A DNA stretch of 64,000 nt from Bdellovibrionales bacterium. GTDB taxonomy: Bacteria > Bdellovibrionota > Bdellovibrionia > Bdellovibrionales > UBA1609. Positions 1-10,078 of this stretch are shown piece by piece. Position 1 is the first letter of the stretch. The number at the start of each line of letters is the position of its first letter. Under the pieces are notes generated by a model. That model did not search any database and was not told where the DNA came from. It worked only from the letters and a program-made list of their open reading frames with translations. The DNA lies in the NCBI GenBank assembly GCA_050246815.1, contig JBFWVI010000008.1, forward strand, positions 1,973 through 65,972. Direction: 5' to 3'. A program made the translations under genes and the position numbers.

Positions 1-597
1 GCGCAAGGGTCGCTGTTGGTTGGCTTTAGTCAAACGGGTGTGCATGAGACGGTGGCCCGCTTGCCTAACGGCGCCATGATCGAGCGTGACATTGGGCAAG
101 AATTCGCTTCGCGTAAGATGTTCCGCTTAACCTTGCACAATCCTGATTTCACCACGGCCGCGCGGGTGGTGAAAACCATCAACCGTGAGTTAGCAGGCAA
201 ATACTCGACGGCACTGGACGCAGGCACGGTCGATATCGTTGCGCCCACGGCCTATGAGGGCAAAGGCGTAGAATTGTTGGCCTTGATCGAAGCTGTTGAA
301 ATCAATCCAGACAATACCGCCAAGGTGGTGATCAATGAAAAAACCGGCACGGTGATCATTGGCCAAGGAGTTAAAGTTTCGCGCGTGGCGATCAGTCACG
401 GCGATTTGACTGTGAAGGTTGGCAACGAAGGCAAAAAGAAAGACGGCGACACTTTGATGGTGGTGGACGAGGCCGCCAGTGTCGGTGACATCGTGAAGGC
501 GATGAATCGCTTGGGCGTGACGCCGAAGGATCTGATCACGATTCTTCAAAGCATCAAGGCCGCGGGCGCTTTGCATGGGGATTTGGAAATTTTATGA
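1..597 (+). CDS. flgI: Flagellar P-ring protein (C-terminal part, truncated by window start)
   Basis: Open frame from base 1; motifs PDFTTA, AKVVINEKTGTVIIG, VAISHG and LITILQSIKAAGAL are typical of FlgI. Confidence 0.95.
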   Translation, partial: AQGSLLVGFSQTGVHETVARLPNGAMIERDIGQEFASRKMFRLTLHNPDFTTAARVVKTINRELAGKYSTALDAGTVDIVAPTAYEGKGVELLALIEAVEINPDNTAKVVINEKTGTVIIGQGVKVSRVAISHGDLTVKVGNEGKKKDGDTLMVVDEAASVGDIVKAMNRLGVTPKDLITILQSIKAAGALHGDLEIL

Positions 598-833
598 GGA
601 TACACAAAGTCCAAGATACATGGACGTGCCTTGGCTTTGTGGGGGGATGGTGAGTTAGAGTCGGTGAACCAGGAAGGTTAGACGCGGAGTTTTCAAGTTT
701 TCTCGCAGGAAACAAGGAATTCGTTCAGTGCGGGTCAATGATTGACCACAAGCCTGAGTCCGCTAGAAAAGTGCAGGATGCACGAAAAGGTTTCTGACTC
801 GCCTCCCCTTTTTTTTGAAAATTTGAAGGTATT

Positions 834-1520
834 ATGAAAATCGATCGTGCTTTGCCAATGCCGAACGCCCACCAGGATCCCGCAGAAAAAGCGGCGAAAC
901 AAGATGGCCAATTGCGAGAAGCGGCCAAGATGTACGAGCAGCACTTCATACGCGAAATGGTCAAGGCCATGCGCCAAGCTTCGCCCGAAGGTGGCCTTAT
1001 GGAGCCCAGTTTCGGCGAAAAAATTTATCGGGAACAATTGGATAATCAATACGTAGACGCTTGGTCCGGCCGGGGTGGTGTGGGTCTAGCGGACATGATC
1101 TACAATCATGTGCGCGAGCGTTATTTCCCAGGTGCACAAAATATGGCGGCACCCAAGGGGCCGTTGCCTTTGAAGCAAGAAGGCGGCGCACAAAAAGGCG
1201 ATTGGCAAGCCAAGCCCCTGCCTTTGAATAACGGGACACCTGCTAAGAAAGATTTATCACTGCGTTTTGAGGGCGAAAATCTTTCACCCGAGCAGCGTGT
1301 GGTGCAGGCCCCTTGGGCGGGAAAAGTCAGTCAAGCGTTCAATACAGAGAATGGTTTAAGTTTAGTTGAAATTGAACATGACCAAGGTCTAGTGTCGCGT
1401 TTGGTCTTTGCCGGTGCCGTGGATGGGCGCTTGAATGGACAACAGGTCCAAGCCGGAGCGAAACTGGGGCAGGTTCAAGGTTCGGCCCCATGGTTGCAGT
1501 GGCAAATGGAGAGAGTATGA
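834..1520 (+). CDS. flgJ: FlgJ-like rod-binding protein with degenerate M23-like C-terminal domain
   Basis: LREAAKMYEQHFIREMVKAMR...GVGLADMIY rod-binding domain; follows flgI; C-terminus VQAPWAGKV...VEIEH...VQAG resembles the M23 fold. Confidence 0.85.
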   Translation: MKIDRALPMPNAHQDPAEKAAKQDGQLREAAKMYEQHFIREMVKAMRQASPEGGLMEPSFGEKIYREQLDNQYVDAWSGRGGVGLADMIYNHVRERYFPGAQNMAAPKGPLPLKQEGGAQKGDWQAKPLPLNNGTPAKKDLSLRFEGENLSPEQRVVQAPWAGKVSQAFNTENGLSLVEIEHDQGLVSRLVFAGAVDGRLNGQQVQAGAKLGQVQGSAPWLQWQMERV

Positions 1521-1601
1521 GCCCCAGACCCGACTTCATAACGTTGTGGGCTAAATTCTCAATATGATACACTGTAGTGACAAACGACGAGCGGAGGAAG
1601 C

Positions 1602-1940
1602 ATGAAAGTCGGCAATAAAGTTGGCCAAAGTATCCAAGGGTCGGAAGCGGCCAAGGCCACCAAAACGGACACCGCCAAACGCAGCGGCAAGTCTGATGAT
1701 GCTTCCTCTTTAGCCGGACTGGGTTCAGCGAAAGCGGGGGATACGGCCAAGGTCAGCATGTCAGATCGTGCCCAGGCAATGCAAAAGGCCAAAGCGATCG
1801 CCGGCACGGACACGGTGGATGAAGCCAAAGTGGCGCGCTTGCAAAAATTGATCGATGAAGGAAAATACAAGGTCGACTCGAAAGCTGTGGCAGACCGTAT
1901 GGTGAATGAACACTTGGCGATGAGCGAATTGGACAATTAG
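1602..1940 (+). CDS. flgM: Anti-sigma28 factor FlgM
   Basis: KVSMS...KVARLQKLIDEGKYKVDSKAVADRM motif; GGAGG RBS; position before flgN. Confidence 0.93.
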   Translation: MKVGNKVGQSIQGSEAAKATKTDTAKRSGKSDDASSLAGLGSAKAGDTAKVSMSDRAQAMQKAKAIAGTDTVDEAKVARLQKLIDEGKYKVDSKAVADRMVNEHLAMSELDN

Positions 1941-1974
1941 AAACTGATTTTTAAAGAAGGGGCCTGGTTCACGG

Positions 1975-2487
1975 ATGAATCAGCAAATCGACGCTCTACA
2001 ATTTGATCTGCTTGGAACGTTGGAAGAGCTGGTGCGCCTTTATCGCGTACTACTTGAGACCGTTCGGCGCGAAAAAGAAATCCTGATCTCCAGTCAACTG
2101 GATGATCTAAATGAAAACAACCGCGGCAAAGAAGCCATCCTGGTCAAAATACAAGTGATCGATGAGCAGCGCGAGGCTCAGGCGAAAGCATTGGCCATGG
2201 CCTTAAGGATCAATGCGCCGGAGCCCAGACTTTTGGATCTGGCACGTTATGCCAGCGGCGAAGTGGGTGATCGCTTTCGCAACTTTCATTCTGTTTTGGA
2301 AATTTTGTTGAAGCGTGTTCAGGAGTTGAACAAGGACAACGAATTGTTGGTGCAATCGGCTTTGCAGCACATCACGGGGGCCATGAAGGCCATCCGTGAA
2401 GATTTGCAAGAAAAGCCGACGTATCAGCGCAAAGGTGAAGTCAGTGCACCGGCTGCCACGGGGCAGTTGGTTAGCAGGGAAGCTTAA
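1975..2487 (+). CDS. flgN: Flagellar export chaperone FlgN
   Basis: Helical protein with ELNKDNELLV and PTYQRKG, located between flgM and flgK. Confidence 0.85.
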   Translation: MNQQIDALQFDLLGTLEELVRLYRVLLETVRREKEILISSQLDDLNENNRGKEAILVKIQVIDEQREAQAKALAMALRINAPEPRLLDLARYASGEVGDRFRNFHSVLEILLKRVQELNKDNELLVQSALQHITGAMKAIREDLQEKPTYQRKGEVSAPAATGQLVSREA

Positions 2488-2557
2488 GGCTTTGGGCATT
2501 ACGCTTTAAGCCTGAAGATCGAAATCCAGGATGGATCTCGATCGAGGGGTAGACAGG

Positions 2558-3985
2558 ATGTCGAGAATTTGGTCGATGATGGACGTCGGCAAGCGCTCTC
2601 TGATGAACAGTCAGACGGGCCTGCAGACCGTTGCTCATAACATCGCCAACCGGACCACCGATGGGTACTCCCGTCAGACCGTGCAATTTAAAACCAACGA
2701 GCCCGTGGGTTTTGGCAAGAACCGCATCGGTATGGGCGCCCGCCCTGGCGAAATCAGCCGCACCAACAACACCTATGTGGAAAAGCAGCTTGAAAAAGAA
2801 GGCAACCAAATGGGCTTTTTGGAGGGCCGGGCCGACATGCTGGGCCGGGTTGAGCAGGTTTACAATGAACAGGCCAACAAAGGTTTAAACCAATACATGA
2901 GCGACCTGTTCAACGCCTTTCGTGAGATGTCGAACAACCCGGAAAGTTTGGCGTCGCGAACTTTGGTCAAAGAGTCGGCAGACTTTTTAGCGAAAGATTT
3001 TAAGCGGGTTTCGACTCAGTTGGACGAAATTCAAAGCGACATCGATTATCGGGTGACCACGAAAATTGAAGAGGTCAATCAGACCACCAAAGAGATCGCC
3101 CAGCTGAACGAAAAGATTCAAGTTGTCGAAATGGCCGGCGGCCGCGCCAACGACGAACGCGATCGTCGTGATCTGTTGCTGAAAAAACTAGGCGAGGCAA
3201 TCAACATCCGCTACGCCGAAGGGAAAGACGGCAGTATCAGCGTCACGGCGGGCAACACGGCGCTGCTGGTCTCGGGTTTCAGCCAGCGTAATTTGGAAGT
3301 CATGGCGACGCCAATGGGTGCCAATAAGCGCGAGGGACGAGTTGAGATTTTCTATAAATCCACAGACACATCGACACCCGTGAACGTCACGAAACAGCTG
3401 GTGGGCGGCCATGTGGGGGGTCTGTTGGATGTGCGCGACAACGTGATCAACGGACTTCATGACAGGATGGACGAACTGGCCTATAGCTTCGCGACCCAAG
3501 TCAACGAAGCGCACTTTGAGGGTTACAACCGCTATGGCCGTAGTGGCGTAATATTGTTCGAATTGCCCACCGGTTTAGACGGTGCCGCGGCCAATATTCA
3601 GGTCAACCGCGACATTAAGGAAGACGTGGGACAGATCGCCGCCGCTGGCGCGCCGAATTCGCCCGGGGATAACCGCATCGCCAACGTGCTTTCGGCTCTG
3701 CAGTACAAGCAGGTCATGGAAGAAAACACAGCCACCTTGGATGCCTATTACGGCAGTGTCGTCGGCCAAATCGGGGTCGAAGCGCAGCGGGCTAATTCGG
3801 CGCAGACATCGCAAAAAGATATCTACGCTCAACTGAGAAATATTCGTGAGAGCATAAGCGGAGTGAGTCTGGATGAAGAGACCACAAAAATGATCGAGTA
3901 TCAAAAATCTTTCGATGCTTCGGCTCGATTGATTCGGACTGCGGATGAGATGATGGACACGGTCCTGAATCTCAAGCGGATGTAA
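2558..3985 (+). CDS. flgK: Hook-associated protein 1
   Basis: HNIANRTTDGYSRQ N-terminus and SGVSLDEE C-terminus; start moved to ATG 2558 (MSRIWS). Confidence 0.95.
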   Translation: MSRIWSMMDVGKRSLMNSQTGLQTVAHNIANRTTDGYSRQTVQFKTNEPVGFGKNRIGMGARPGEISRTNNTYVEKQLEKEGNQMGFLEGRADMLGRVEQVYNEQANKGLNQYMSDLFNAFREMSNNPESLASRTLVKESADFLAKDFKRVSTQLDEIQSDIDYRVTTKIEEVNQTTKEIAQLNEKIQVVEMAGGRANDERDRRDLLLKKLGEAINIRYAEGKDGSISVTAGNTALLVSGFSQRNLEVMATPMGANKREGRVEIFYKSTDTSTPVNVTKQLVGGHVGGLLDVRDNVINGLHDRMDELAYSFATQVNEAHFEGYNRYGRSGVILFELPTGLDGAAANIQVNRDIKEDVGQIAAAGAPNSPGDNRIANVLSALQYKQVMEENTATLDAYYGSVVGQIGVEAQRANSAQTSQKDIYAQLRNIRESISGVSLDEETTKMIEYQKSFDASARLIRTADEMMDTVLNLKRM

Positions 3986-3995
3986 GGGATAAGCG

Positions 3996-5045
3996 ATGCG
4001 TGTTGCGGATAGCATGACCTATGATCAAGTGCGCGGGAACATCGGGAAAAACCGCACCCAGATGTCCGAGCTGCAAAACCAGGCGTCCACGCAAAAACGA
4101 GTGACCAAGCCATCGGATGACCCTGTTGCGGCCAGCCGGGTGTTGTCGTCGCGTATCGACTTTCAGGGCAACAAACAGTACGTCAAAAATTTAAATTATG
4201 CGAAGTCCTTCTTGGACGCCACCGATCAGGCCCTGGGCGATGTTTCTGAAAATCTGATGCGCATGAAAGAATTGGCGATTAGCCAGTCTAACGATGCCAG
4301 CGCGAACGATGAATCCAGGCGCGTGGTGGCCACCGAAGTCGAGCAAATTTTTAATCAGATCATCAGCATCGGCAATCGCAAACTGGGCGATCGATTTATT
4401 TTTGGCGGCTTCAAAACCCAAGACCGACCCTTCGACCAAAATGGCAACTACGCGGGCGACAGTGGCGAGATGATGCTTCACATCGACAAGGCCACGTTCT
4501 TGCCCATGAACATTGCGGGTAACCGAGTGTTTTTAGGCGAAGGCATGTCGGCCCAAGGCATTGTCCGCTCCACGCAAGAACAAGCGATCACGATTGAAGA
4601 GTACAACCAGCGCAAAAACGAGGCCGAAGACCCTTCGATCCAGCGCCCGCCCGAAATGCGAGGGCCAGCCGGCGCGCGCACAGAAGATATGCCCGCAGAC
4701 CAGGCCATTGGCTCGAATCTTTTTGAGGTGGCCAGACAATTAGAGATCGCGCTTCGCACCGATGACAAGCAGGGCGTGCAAGACACTCTGGATTTGCTGG
4801 ATGATGCTTTGACACAAGTGGTGTTGGCCCGTTCTCAAGTGGGCAGCCGTGGCATGGCTGTCGACAATTTGATGCAAAGCCTCGAAAAATCCAAAGTCGA
4901 CAATCAAGTGGCGATTTCGCAGCACGAAGACTCCGATGTTTTTTCAACCATCAGTGACATGAATAAAACCGAAAGCACGCTGCAGGCGACGCTTCAGACT
5001 TCGGGCAAACTGATTCAACCCTCGTTACTCAATTTTTTACGATGA
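3996..5045 (+). CDS. flgL: Hook-associated protein 3
   Basis: KPSDDPVAA, RFIFGG and SLLNFLR motifs; follows flgK. Confidence 0.95.
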   Translation: MRVADSMTYDQVRGNIGKNRTQMSELQNQASTQKRVTKPSDDPVAASRVLSSRIDFQGNKQYVKNLNYAKSFLDATDQALGDVSENLMRMKELAISQSNDASANDESRRVVATEVEQIFNQIISIGNRKLGDRFIFGGFKTQDRPFDQNGNYAGDSGEMMLHIDKATFLPMNIAGNRVFLGEGMSAQGIVRSTQEQAITIEEYNQRKNEAEDPSIQRPPEMRGPAGARTEDMPADQAIGSNLFEVARQLEIALRTDDKQGVQDTLDLLDDALTQVVLARSQVGSRGMAVDNLMQSLEKSKVDNQVAISQHEDSDVFSTISDMNKTESTLQATLQTSGKLIQPSLLNFLR

Positions 5046-5455
5046 AAAACACAAAAGCGCTTCCCTTTTACAGCCGGACCTTTTTAATCAATAAGCGCAT
5101 GCAGCTGACGTTTTTGATGTACTCGGTCTTTTTGGCCATGGTCGTCAGCGTCACCAATTTTTGTTTTCAATTGTTGATGGCGAACAGCGAGACTGTGCCG
5201 ACGCCAATCGACCTTTCGGTGGTGGCTTTAAGCATGATGTTCATCTTCACCGTGGTCATTTTCTTTGGGCTCTATCTCACCAATCGAATCGCCGGGCCAC
5301 TTTTTCGTCTGCAGCGTCATATGGAATCCGTCGCAAGTGGACAGACCACAGAGCCCCTGGCCTTTCGCAAGAAGGATTATTTCTCGGATATCATTGAGCC
5401 CTACAACAAGATTTTGCAGCGTTTACAGAACCAAAGTGTCCCAGAACGTAAATAA
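5042..5455 (+). CDS. Two-TM membrane protein with stand-alone HAMP-like domain
   Basis: Two hydrophobic helices then TNRIAGPLFRL...FRKKD; ATGA overlap with flgL stop. Confidence 0.7.
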   Translation: MKNTKALPFYSRTFLINKRMQLTFLMYSVFLAMVVSVTNFCFQLLMANSETVPTPIDLSVVALSMMFIFTVVIFFGLYLTNRIAGPLFRLQRHMESVASGQTTEPLAFRKKDYFSDIIEPYNKILQRLQNQSVPERK

Positions 5456-5670
5456 CTCCAACCTTGGGTGCTCAGAGGCTCGACGTGGATGTTTTCGTAA
5501 CCAGTCTGGGATCTCTGCGTCATTAATTGTTGTTTTTCGATGCCGACTCAATGCGGTCCTGAAATAGTCTAGCTTGCACGGTCTTGAAGCGTGCAGATTT
5601 TTCGTAGGTCTACAATATCACAGCACTTTTGCTTTTCGTAAGGTTGACAACCGTACCCCCCAAGGATAGC

Positions 5671-5698
5671 TAAGGTTCCTCGATTAAGTTGCCGTAAA
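5671..5698 (+). promoter_or_regulatory. Candidate sigma28 promoter for csrA
   Basis: TAAGGTTC-N12-GCCGTAAA; a second weaker candidate TTAATTGT-N11-GCCGACTC lies at 5523-5549. Confidence 0.45.
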
Positions 5699-5765
5699 GA
5701 GCAATGAAGGGTTGGCCTGACTAACCCAGACACTTTGACCAGGACGTTGAAGGAGATTTTTAACC

Positions 5766-5993
5766 ATGCTGGTTCTGACAAGAAAACTAGGCGAAAGTAT
5801 CGCCATCGACGATCACATCAAAATTCGCGTGGTTCAAATCAAAGGTAAACAAGTCCGTTTGGGTATCGAAGCGCCAAAGGACACCAAAATTCATCGCGAA
5901 GAAGTTTACCAAGCCATTCAAAACCAGAACCAAGAATCTTCGACCACCGCTCCAGACAGTGCCCGTGCGGTTTCTAAGCTTTTAAAGCCCTAA
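5766..5993 (+). CDS. csrA: Carbon storage regulator CsrA
   Basis: [12 protein letters not shown]...VRLGIEAPK...IHREE signature. Confidence 0.97.
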   Translation: MLVLTRKLGESIAIDDHIKIRVVQIKGKQVRLGIEAPKDTKIHREEVYQAIQNQNQESSTTAPDSARAVSKLLKP

Positions 5994-6100
5994 CCCTATT
6001 TAATGCGACGCTTCCATAAAAAGAAGCAGCTACCTTTAGCCGAGAATTTGGCTTGTCGTGTCTTCACTTTGTAGGCATCCTCAGGATTGGGAGGGGTAGG

Positions 6101-6637
6101 ATGAAAGTCCAAACGTCCAGATTTGGGGTGGTCGAGATCGGCAACGATGACTTGATCGAGTTTCCGGAAGGGCTCCTGGGCTTCAATCATTTGCGCAAGT
6201 TTGTTTTGCTGGACGATCCCACCGACGACATTTTTGCTTGGTTGCAAAGCTGCGAAGAGGCATCCATCGCCTTTCCCGTGCTTGAGCCTGAACTTTTTGC
6301 CGGTCAATATCATGTGCAGCTGACTAAACATGATTTAGAGGCTTTGAAGTTGCCTTTGGGTGAAGGTTTTAGAACCTTTATGGTGATCACCATCCCGCAG
6401 GACCCGACCCAAATGACGGCCAATATGAAGGCTCCCTTGGTGATCAACGTCAACCGCCGCCTTGGTCGCCAGTGCGTGTTGCAAGACAATCAATTGGCTA
6501 TTCGTGAGCCGATTTTCGCTAAGCTGCAGCAGCGCGTGGTGCAAAATCCGCAAGTGCCGATCAAAAGCCAGGGCCGTGAGCCCAAAATGCCAATGCGCCA
6601 AGCTCCGGTTCGGGGGCCTGAATCTTCGGCTGAATAA
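6101..6637 (+). CDS. fliW: Flagellar assembly factor / CsrA antagonist FliW
   Basis: TSRFG, FPEGLLGF, WLQS and MTANMKAP motifs; start moved to ATG 6101. Confidence 0.95.
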   Translation: MKVQTSRFGVVEIGNDDLIEFPEGLLGFNHLRKFVLLDDPTDDIFAWLQSCEEASIAFPVLEPELFAGQYHVQLTKHDLEALKLPLGEGFRTFMVITIPQDPTQMTANMKAPLVINVNRRLGRQCVLQDNQLAIREPIFAKLQQRVVQNPQVPIKSQGREPKMPMRQAPVRGPESSAE

Positions 6638-6661
6638 GTAATATTTATTAAATGAGCTTTA

Positions 6662-8143
6662 TTAAAAACTTTGTGTGTCCGTGCAGGCCTGACAGTAAGG
6701 TGTAGGCACAGTGCATGTGGCGTCCGGCGCGCCATTGATCGTCACGGAGGATCCAGACTGACTTGCGGTCAAACGGTAGTTTTCGGGGACAGCTGCGCCC
6801 GACGCGTTGGTGTAGGAAGTCGCGTAATTCAGATTGTAGGGGGCGGAGCTCAAAATCCATCCCGTCCCAAAACGACCCCTCGTGATATTCATATACACAT
6901 CTGAATTGGTGTCGTCGTCGCAGACAATCAATGAGTATTTGACCAGGGCCTGCCCCGGGCGCGATGTGCCAAAACAACTCACTTCAAATTCGGCGGCGCA
7001 GGGGCGTTCAGGTGGCTCGGTCGCGGTCAAAGGATTGGGTGGCACTGTTCCGGCCATGTCGATATTGCGATTGCACCAAAGGCAGGCCTCGGTGGTGGGC
7101 CCGAGTTTGCGGTTGATGGTGGGGGGCGGACAAGTGACCGCACCGGTATTGAACACGGCAGGACGGCCTGGAACCTTGTATTGCGTGCAGATTTCGGGAT
7201 GGCAGCGAAAGTTGGCGTAATCGGCTTCGGCGATACCCGTGCCAGGAATCGTAGGCAGGGTTGTGCCTTGCGCCGGTAAAAAATCATATCCACCGGTGAT
7301 CTTGATCGCGGTGTCGATCGGCGGGTTGAAATTGACGCTGTTATGTCGGTAGTTGTCGATGCTCCGGCAGAAGTTCGCTGTGGAATCCACCCCATAACAG
7401 CCCGCGATCACGTTTGGATTGGTGGAGCTGACATGCACGATCAAGGGAATGGACTGATCATCAAAAGCCGAGATCAGCGCCGCCTGTCGGGCGGGATTTA
7501 CTTCTGCCAATACCACCGGTGAATTAGGGGTAGGCGCAATGCCGCCACCACGGCCTTCGCGACTATTAGGATCCGCGGGATTGAGTTTGCCTTGCAACCC
7601 ATAAATTAACAGCCGCGCCTCATAAGTGTGATACCAGTGCTCGCGTGGATTGTTGGCTGCGGATCGCGGGCGGTCCAAAACCACAAAACCTAAAGATTGG
7701 GGCGGATTGGGTATGGGATTTGTTAGGTTGCCGGCCCACAAGCGCACACCGCCGATGGTTGCCCACTCGCGAGGTGCGGCGGGATTGTGCGGCCACCCCC
7801 GCGACAACGGGCCTTGTCCCAAAGGCATGGGTCCATAATTCATGTTGAGTGACACTTCGGTGCCGCGGACGGGGTCCGAGCTGGGATCAACGCCCGGTGC
7901 GGGAATGGGGGTGGGAAAGCGTTGGCCTCGCAACATTTGCGTGCAGAGCAAAGGGTCCTCGACGGCGGCCCGAACGGCCGAGCGAATGGCCTCAATGTTG
8001 GTGCTGTAGGTGCGCGCGGAACTTCTTTCTGCGCTATTTTTACTGCTGAGCATGTAAGAGGCCGTCAGTGTTCCAAGTAAGCCCACCACCACCATGATGG
8101 GGATCAGGGCCGAGCCGCGGTTAGAAAGTTGAATGCGCATCAT
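6662..8143 (-). CDS. Large PilX/K-like minor pilin with Pro/Cys-rich C-terminus
   Basis: NRGSALIPIMVVVGLL class III signal lacking Glu5; start placed at ATG 8143 overlapping the upstream stop. Confidence 0.7.
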   Translation of the reverse strand: MMRIQLSNRGSALIPIMVVVGLLGTLTASYMLSSKNSAERSSARTYSTNIEAIRSAVRAAVEDPLLCTQMLRGQRFPTPIPAPGVDPSSDPVRGTEVSLNMNYGPMPLGQGPLSRGWPHNPAAPREWATIGGVRLWAGNLTNPIPNPPQSLGFVVLDRPRSAANNPREHWYHTYEARLLIYGLQGKLNPADPNSREGRGGGIAPTPNSPVVLAEVNPARQAALISAFDDQSIPLIVHVSSTNPNVIAGCYGVDSTANFCRSIDNYRHNSVNFNPPIDTAIKITGGYDFLPAQGTTLPTIPGTGIAEADYANFRCHPEICTQYKVPGRPAVFNTGAVTCPPPTINRKLGPTTEACLWCNRNIDMAGTVPPNPLTATEPPERPCAAEFEVSCFGTSRPGQALVKYSLIVCDDDTNSDVYMNITRGRFGTGWILSSAPYNLNYATSYTNASGAAVPENYRLTASQSGSSVTINGAPDATCTVPTPYCQACTDTQSF

Positions 8144-9114
8144 GGGCAGACCAAACATGAGTAATATTGTTCCCTGTGGTTGACATATTGAGTGCATTTT
8201 TTGCCGCAAGAGTACGCCGTGCGCCAGGCGCGTGATCCCATTAAGGTGGGGGTCGAGCCCGGGGGGCAGCCTTGTATGGGTGGAAAGGTCATCGGATTGG
8301 TTTGCTGTTCCGGTGAAGGATCCGGAATACCATAGGGCGGATCATAGCTGTAGACGACGTAAGAGCCGCGCATGATGCAGCGATTGTTGCCGGTGCCGCT
8401 TGGATTGCAATTCATGGTCAGGGGATTCCATACGCCAGAAGCCGCCGTGCAAGCCGACTCCGAGTCCACCGCGCCCAAACAATCCACGATGGGCACTGGT
8501 GGCACGTTGCCTTGGGTGATGACCGGAACCTCAAAATAGCGGGCGGGCATGGGCCGTGCGGCTGGCAAATTGGTCACAGGGTCGCGGGTGTTGGGATCGA
8601 TCACTTCAAGAATTAATTGGATTTGGGCAGTGGTGCGAAAACGGTTGGGCCCGACCGGCACGAACTCAGGCAGGGTGGGATTGGCCAAACTCGGTTTCAA
8701 TTGAATGCCTAGGCTTCGCACTCGGGTTGAGTTGTTGATCATGTAACCCGCCTGGGGTGCAGGCAATGTACTTAGTTCGTTGTGATACGCGCTGAAGTTC
8801 AGCAGCGCGAATGCGGGCGCGATCACCGTCGCTCCAGGCTGGGCTGGTGGCGGGGGCAGTTGAATCGTCACGGGCGACAATGGGCGCACCAGCGAACTGC
8901 GACATGAGGCGCTGTTTTGTAAATGCTGGCTGATGGCGGCGGCGAATTCGTTGCTTTGATCGCGCGACTCCACCAGTTTTTGCGCACGCATAAATTGGCC
9001 GATGAGGGTGCCCGTGGACACCACCACAACGCTGAGAATGCCCAGGGCCATCAGCATCTCAGCTAAGCTTAACCCCTTCTTTTTTTGAATAAAACTAAAT
9101 CTATTTATGGGCAT
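8140..9114 (-). CDS. Prepilin-type N-terminal cleavage/methylation protein
   Basis: KKGLSLAEMLMALGILSVV motif; Cys-rich C-terminus; start uncertain (9114 or 9123). Confidence 0.85.
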   Translation of the reverse strand: MPINRFSFIQKKKGLSLAEMLMALGILSVVVVSTGTLIGQFMRAQKLVESRDQSNEFAAAISQHLQNSASCRSSLVRPLSPVTIQLPPPPAQPGATVIAPAFALLNFSAYHNELSTLPAPQAGYMINNSTRVRSLGIQLKPSLANPTLPEFVPVGPNRFRTTAQIQLILEVIDPNTRDPVTNLPAARPMPARYFEVPVITQGNVPPVPIVDCLGAVDSESACTAASGVWNPLTMNCNPSGTGNNRCIMRGSYVVYSYDPPYGIPDPSPEQQTNPMTFPPIQGCPPGSTPTLMGSRAWRTAYSCGKKCTQYVNHREQYYSCLVCP

Positions 9115-10022
9115 ATCACACACGAATAATAGGTTTCATGGTGGTACACGGTTCGGGTGCACTTTTTGCCACAGCTATAAGAGCTTTCAAAGTCGTTACC
9201 GCCGGTCAGGCGGGGCACAGAACCGGCGGGGCACGCCTGATTGCTGGTGACCGGATTGTTCAATTGACCTGTGGTCGGTGAGTCGGGTTGAGTGGGATCG
9301 CTTTTACTATAAACCGAAAAAAAACCAACCACCATGCACTTGCTTCCGCCGATCGAGGTGGTGTTGCAGGTCTGCGTGGCGCTGTCCCAGTCACCCGGAT
9401 TGCCGGTGGCCAGTTGGCAGGCGCTTTGCAAATCCATAGTACCCAAACAATCTTCAATGACTGCGGGCGAAGTGTTGGTCACCGTAGTTACGGGCACTTC
9501 AAAATAGCGTGTCGGTAGGGGTTGCACTTGATCGCCCTTCAACAATTCGACCATCAACTGAATTTGGGCTGTCGTACGATAGCGTGTCAGCATGCCCTTA
9601 CGAAAGGGCATGAATTGCGTCGCGGGCTTAAGTTGAATACCCAAATTGCCGACTCGCGAGCTGCGCGAGATCATAAAGCCGTTCTGTAATGTGGGTGGGC
9701 CAGGAGTGGCCGCTGGAACTTCGCTCAAGAATCCCGTGAAATTGGCGATGGTCAAAGGGGGCGCGGCCACATAGTCGCCCGGCGTGCTCGGCGGCGTTGG
9801 CGTCATCAATGTGACTCCACCTAAGGAGGATCGGCATTGGTCTTTAAGAGAAAAATATTTAGAGAGGGCGGATCCAAATTCATTCACTTCGTCACGCGTT
9901 TGTATCAGTTGATGAGAGCTCATGAATTGTGAAATCAAGGTTGAGCTTGACAGAACAACGACACTTAAAATGCCGATAACCAGGATCAATTCGGTTAAAG
10001 TAACGCCCTTGGAACCCTTCAC
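9105..10022 (-). CDS. Prepilin-type protein, paralog of 8140-9114
   Basis: SKGVTLTELILVIGILSVV; shares RTTAQIQL, RYFEVPV and YSCGKKCT with its neighbour. Confidence 0.85.
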   Translation of the reverse strand: MKGSKGVTLTELILVIGILSVVVLSSSTLISQFMSSHQLIQTRDEVNEFGSALSKYFSLKDQCRSSLGGVTLMTPTPPSTPGDYVAAPPLTIANFTGFLSEVPAATPGPPTLQNGFMISRSSRVGNLGIQLKPATQFMPFRKGMLTRYRTTAQIQLMVELLKGDQVQPLPTRYFEVPVTTVTNTSPAVIEDCLGTMDLQSACQLATGNPGDWDSATQTCNTTSIGGSKCMVVGFFSVYSKSDPTQPDSPTTGQLNNPVTSNQACPAGSVPRLTGGNDFESSYSCGKKCTRTVYHHETYYSCVICP

Positions 10023-10078
10023 TTGCCTCGCCCGCCCATATCCATATAATAGAATACTGAGGACAATGTTGTACAGAT

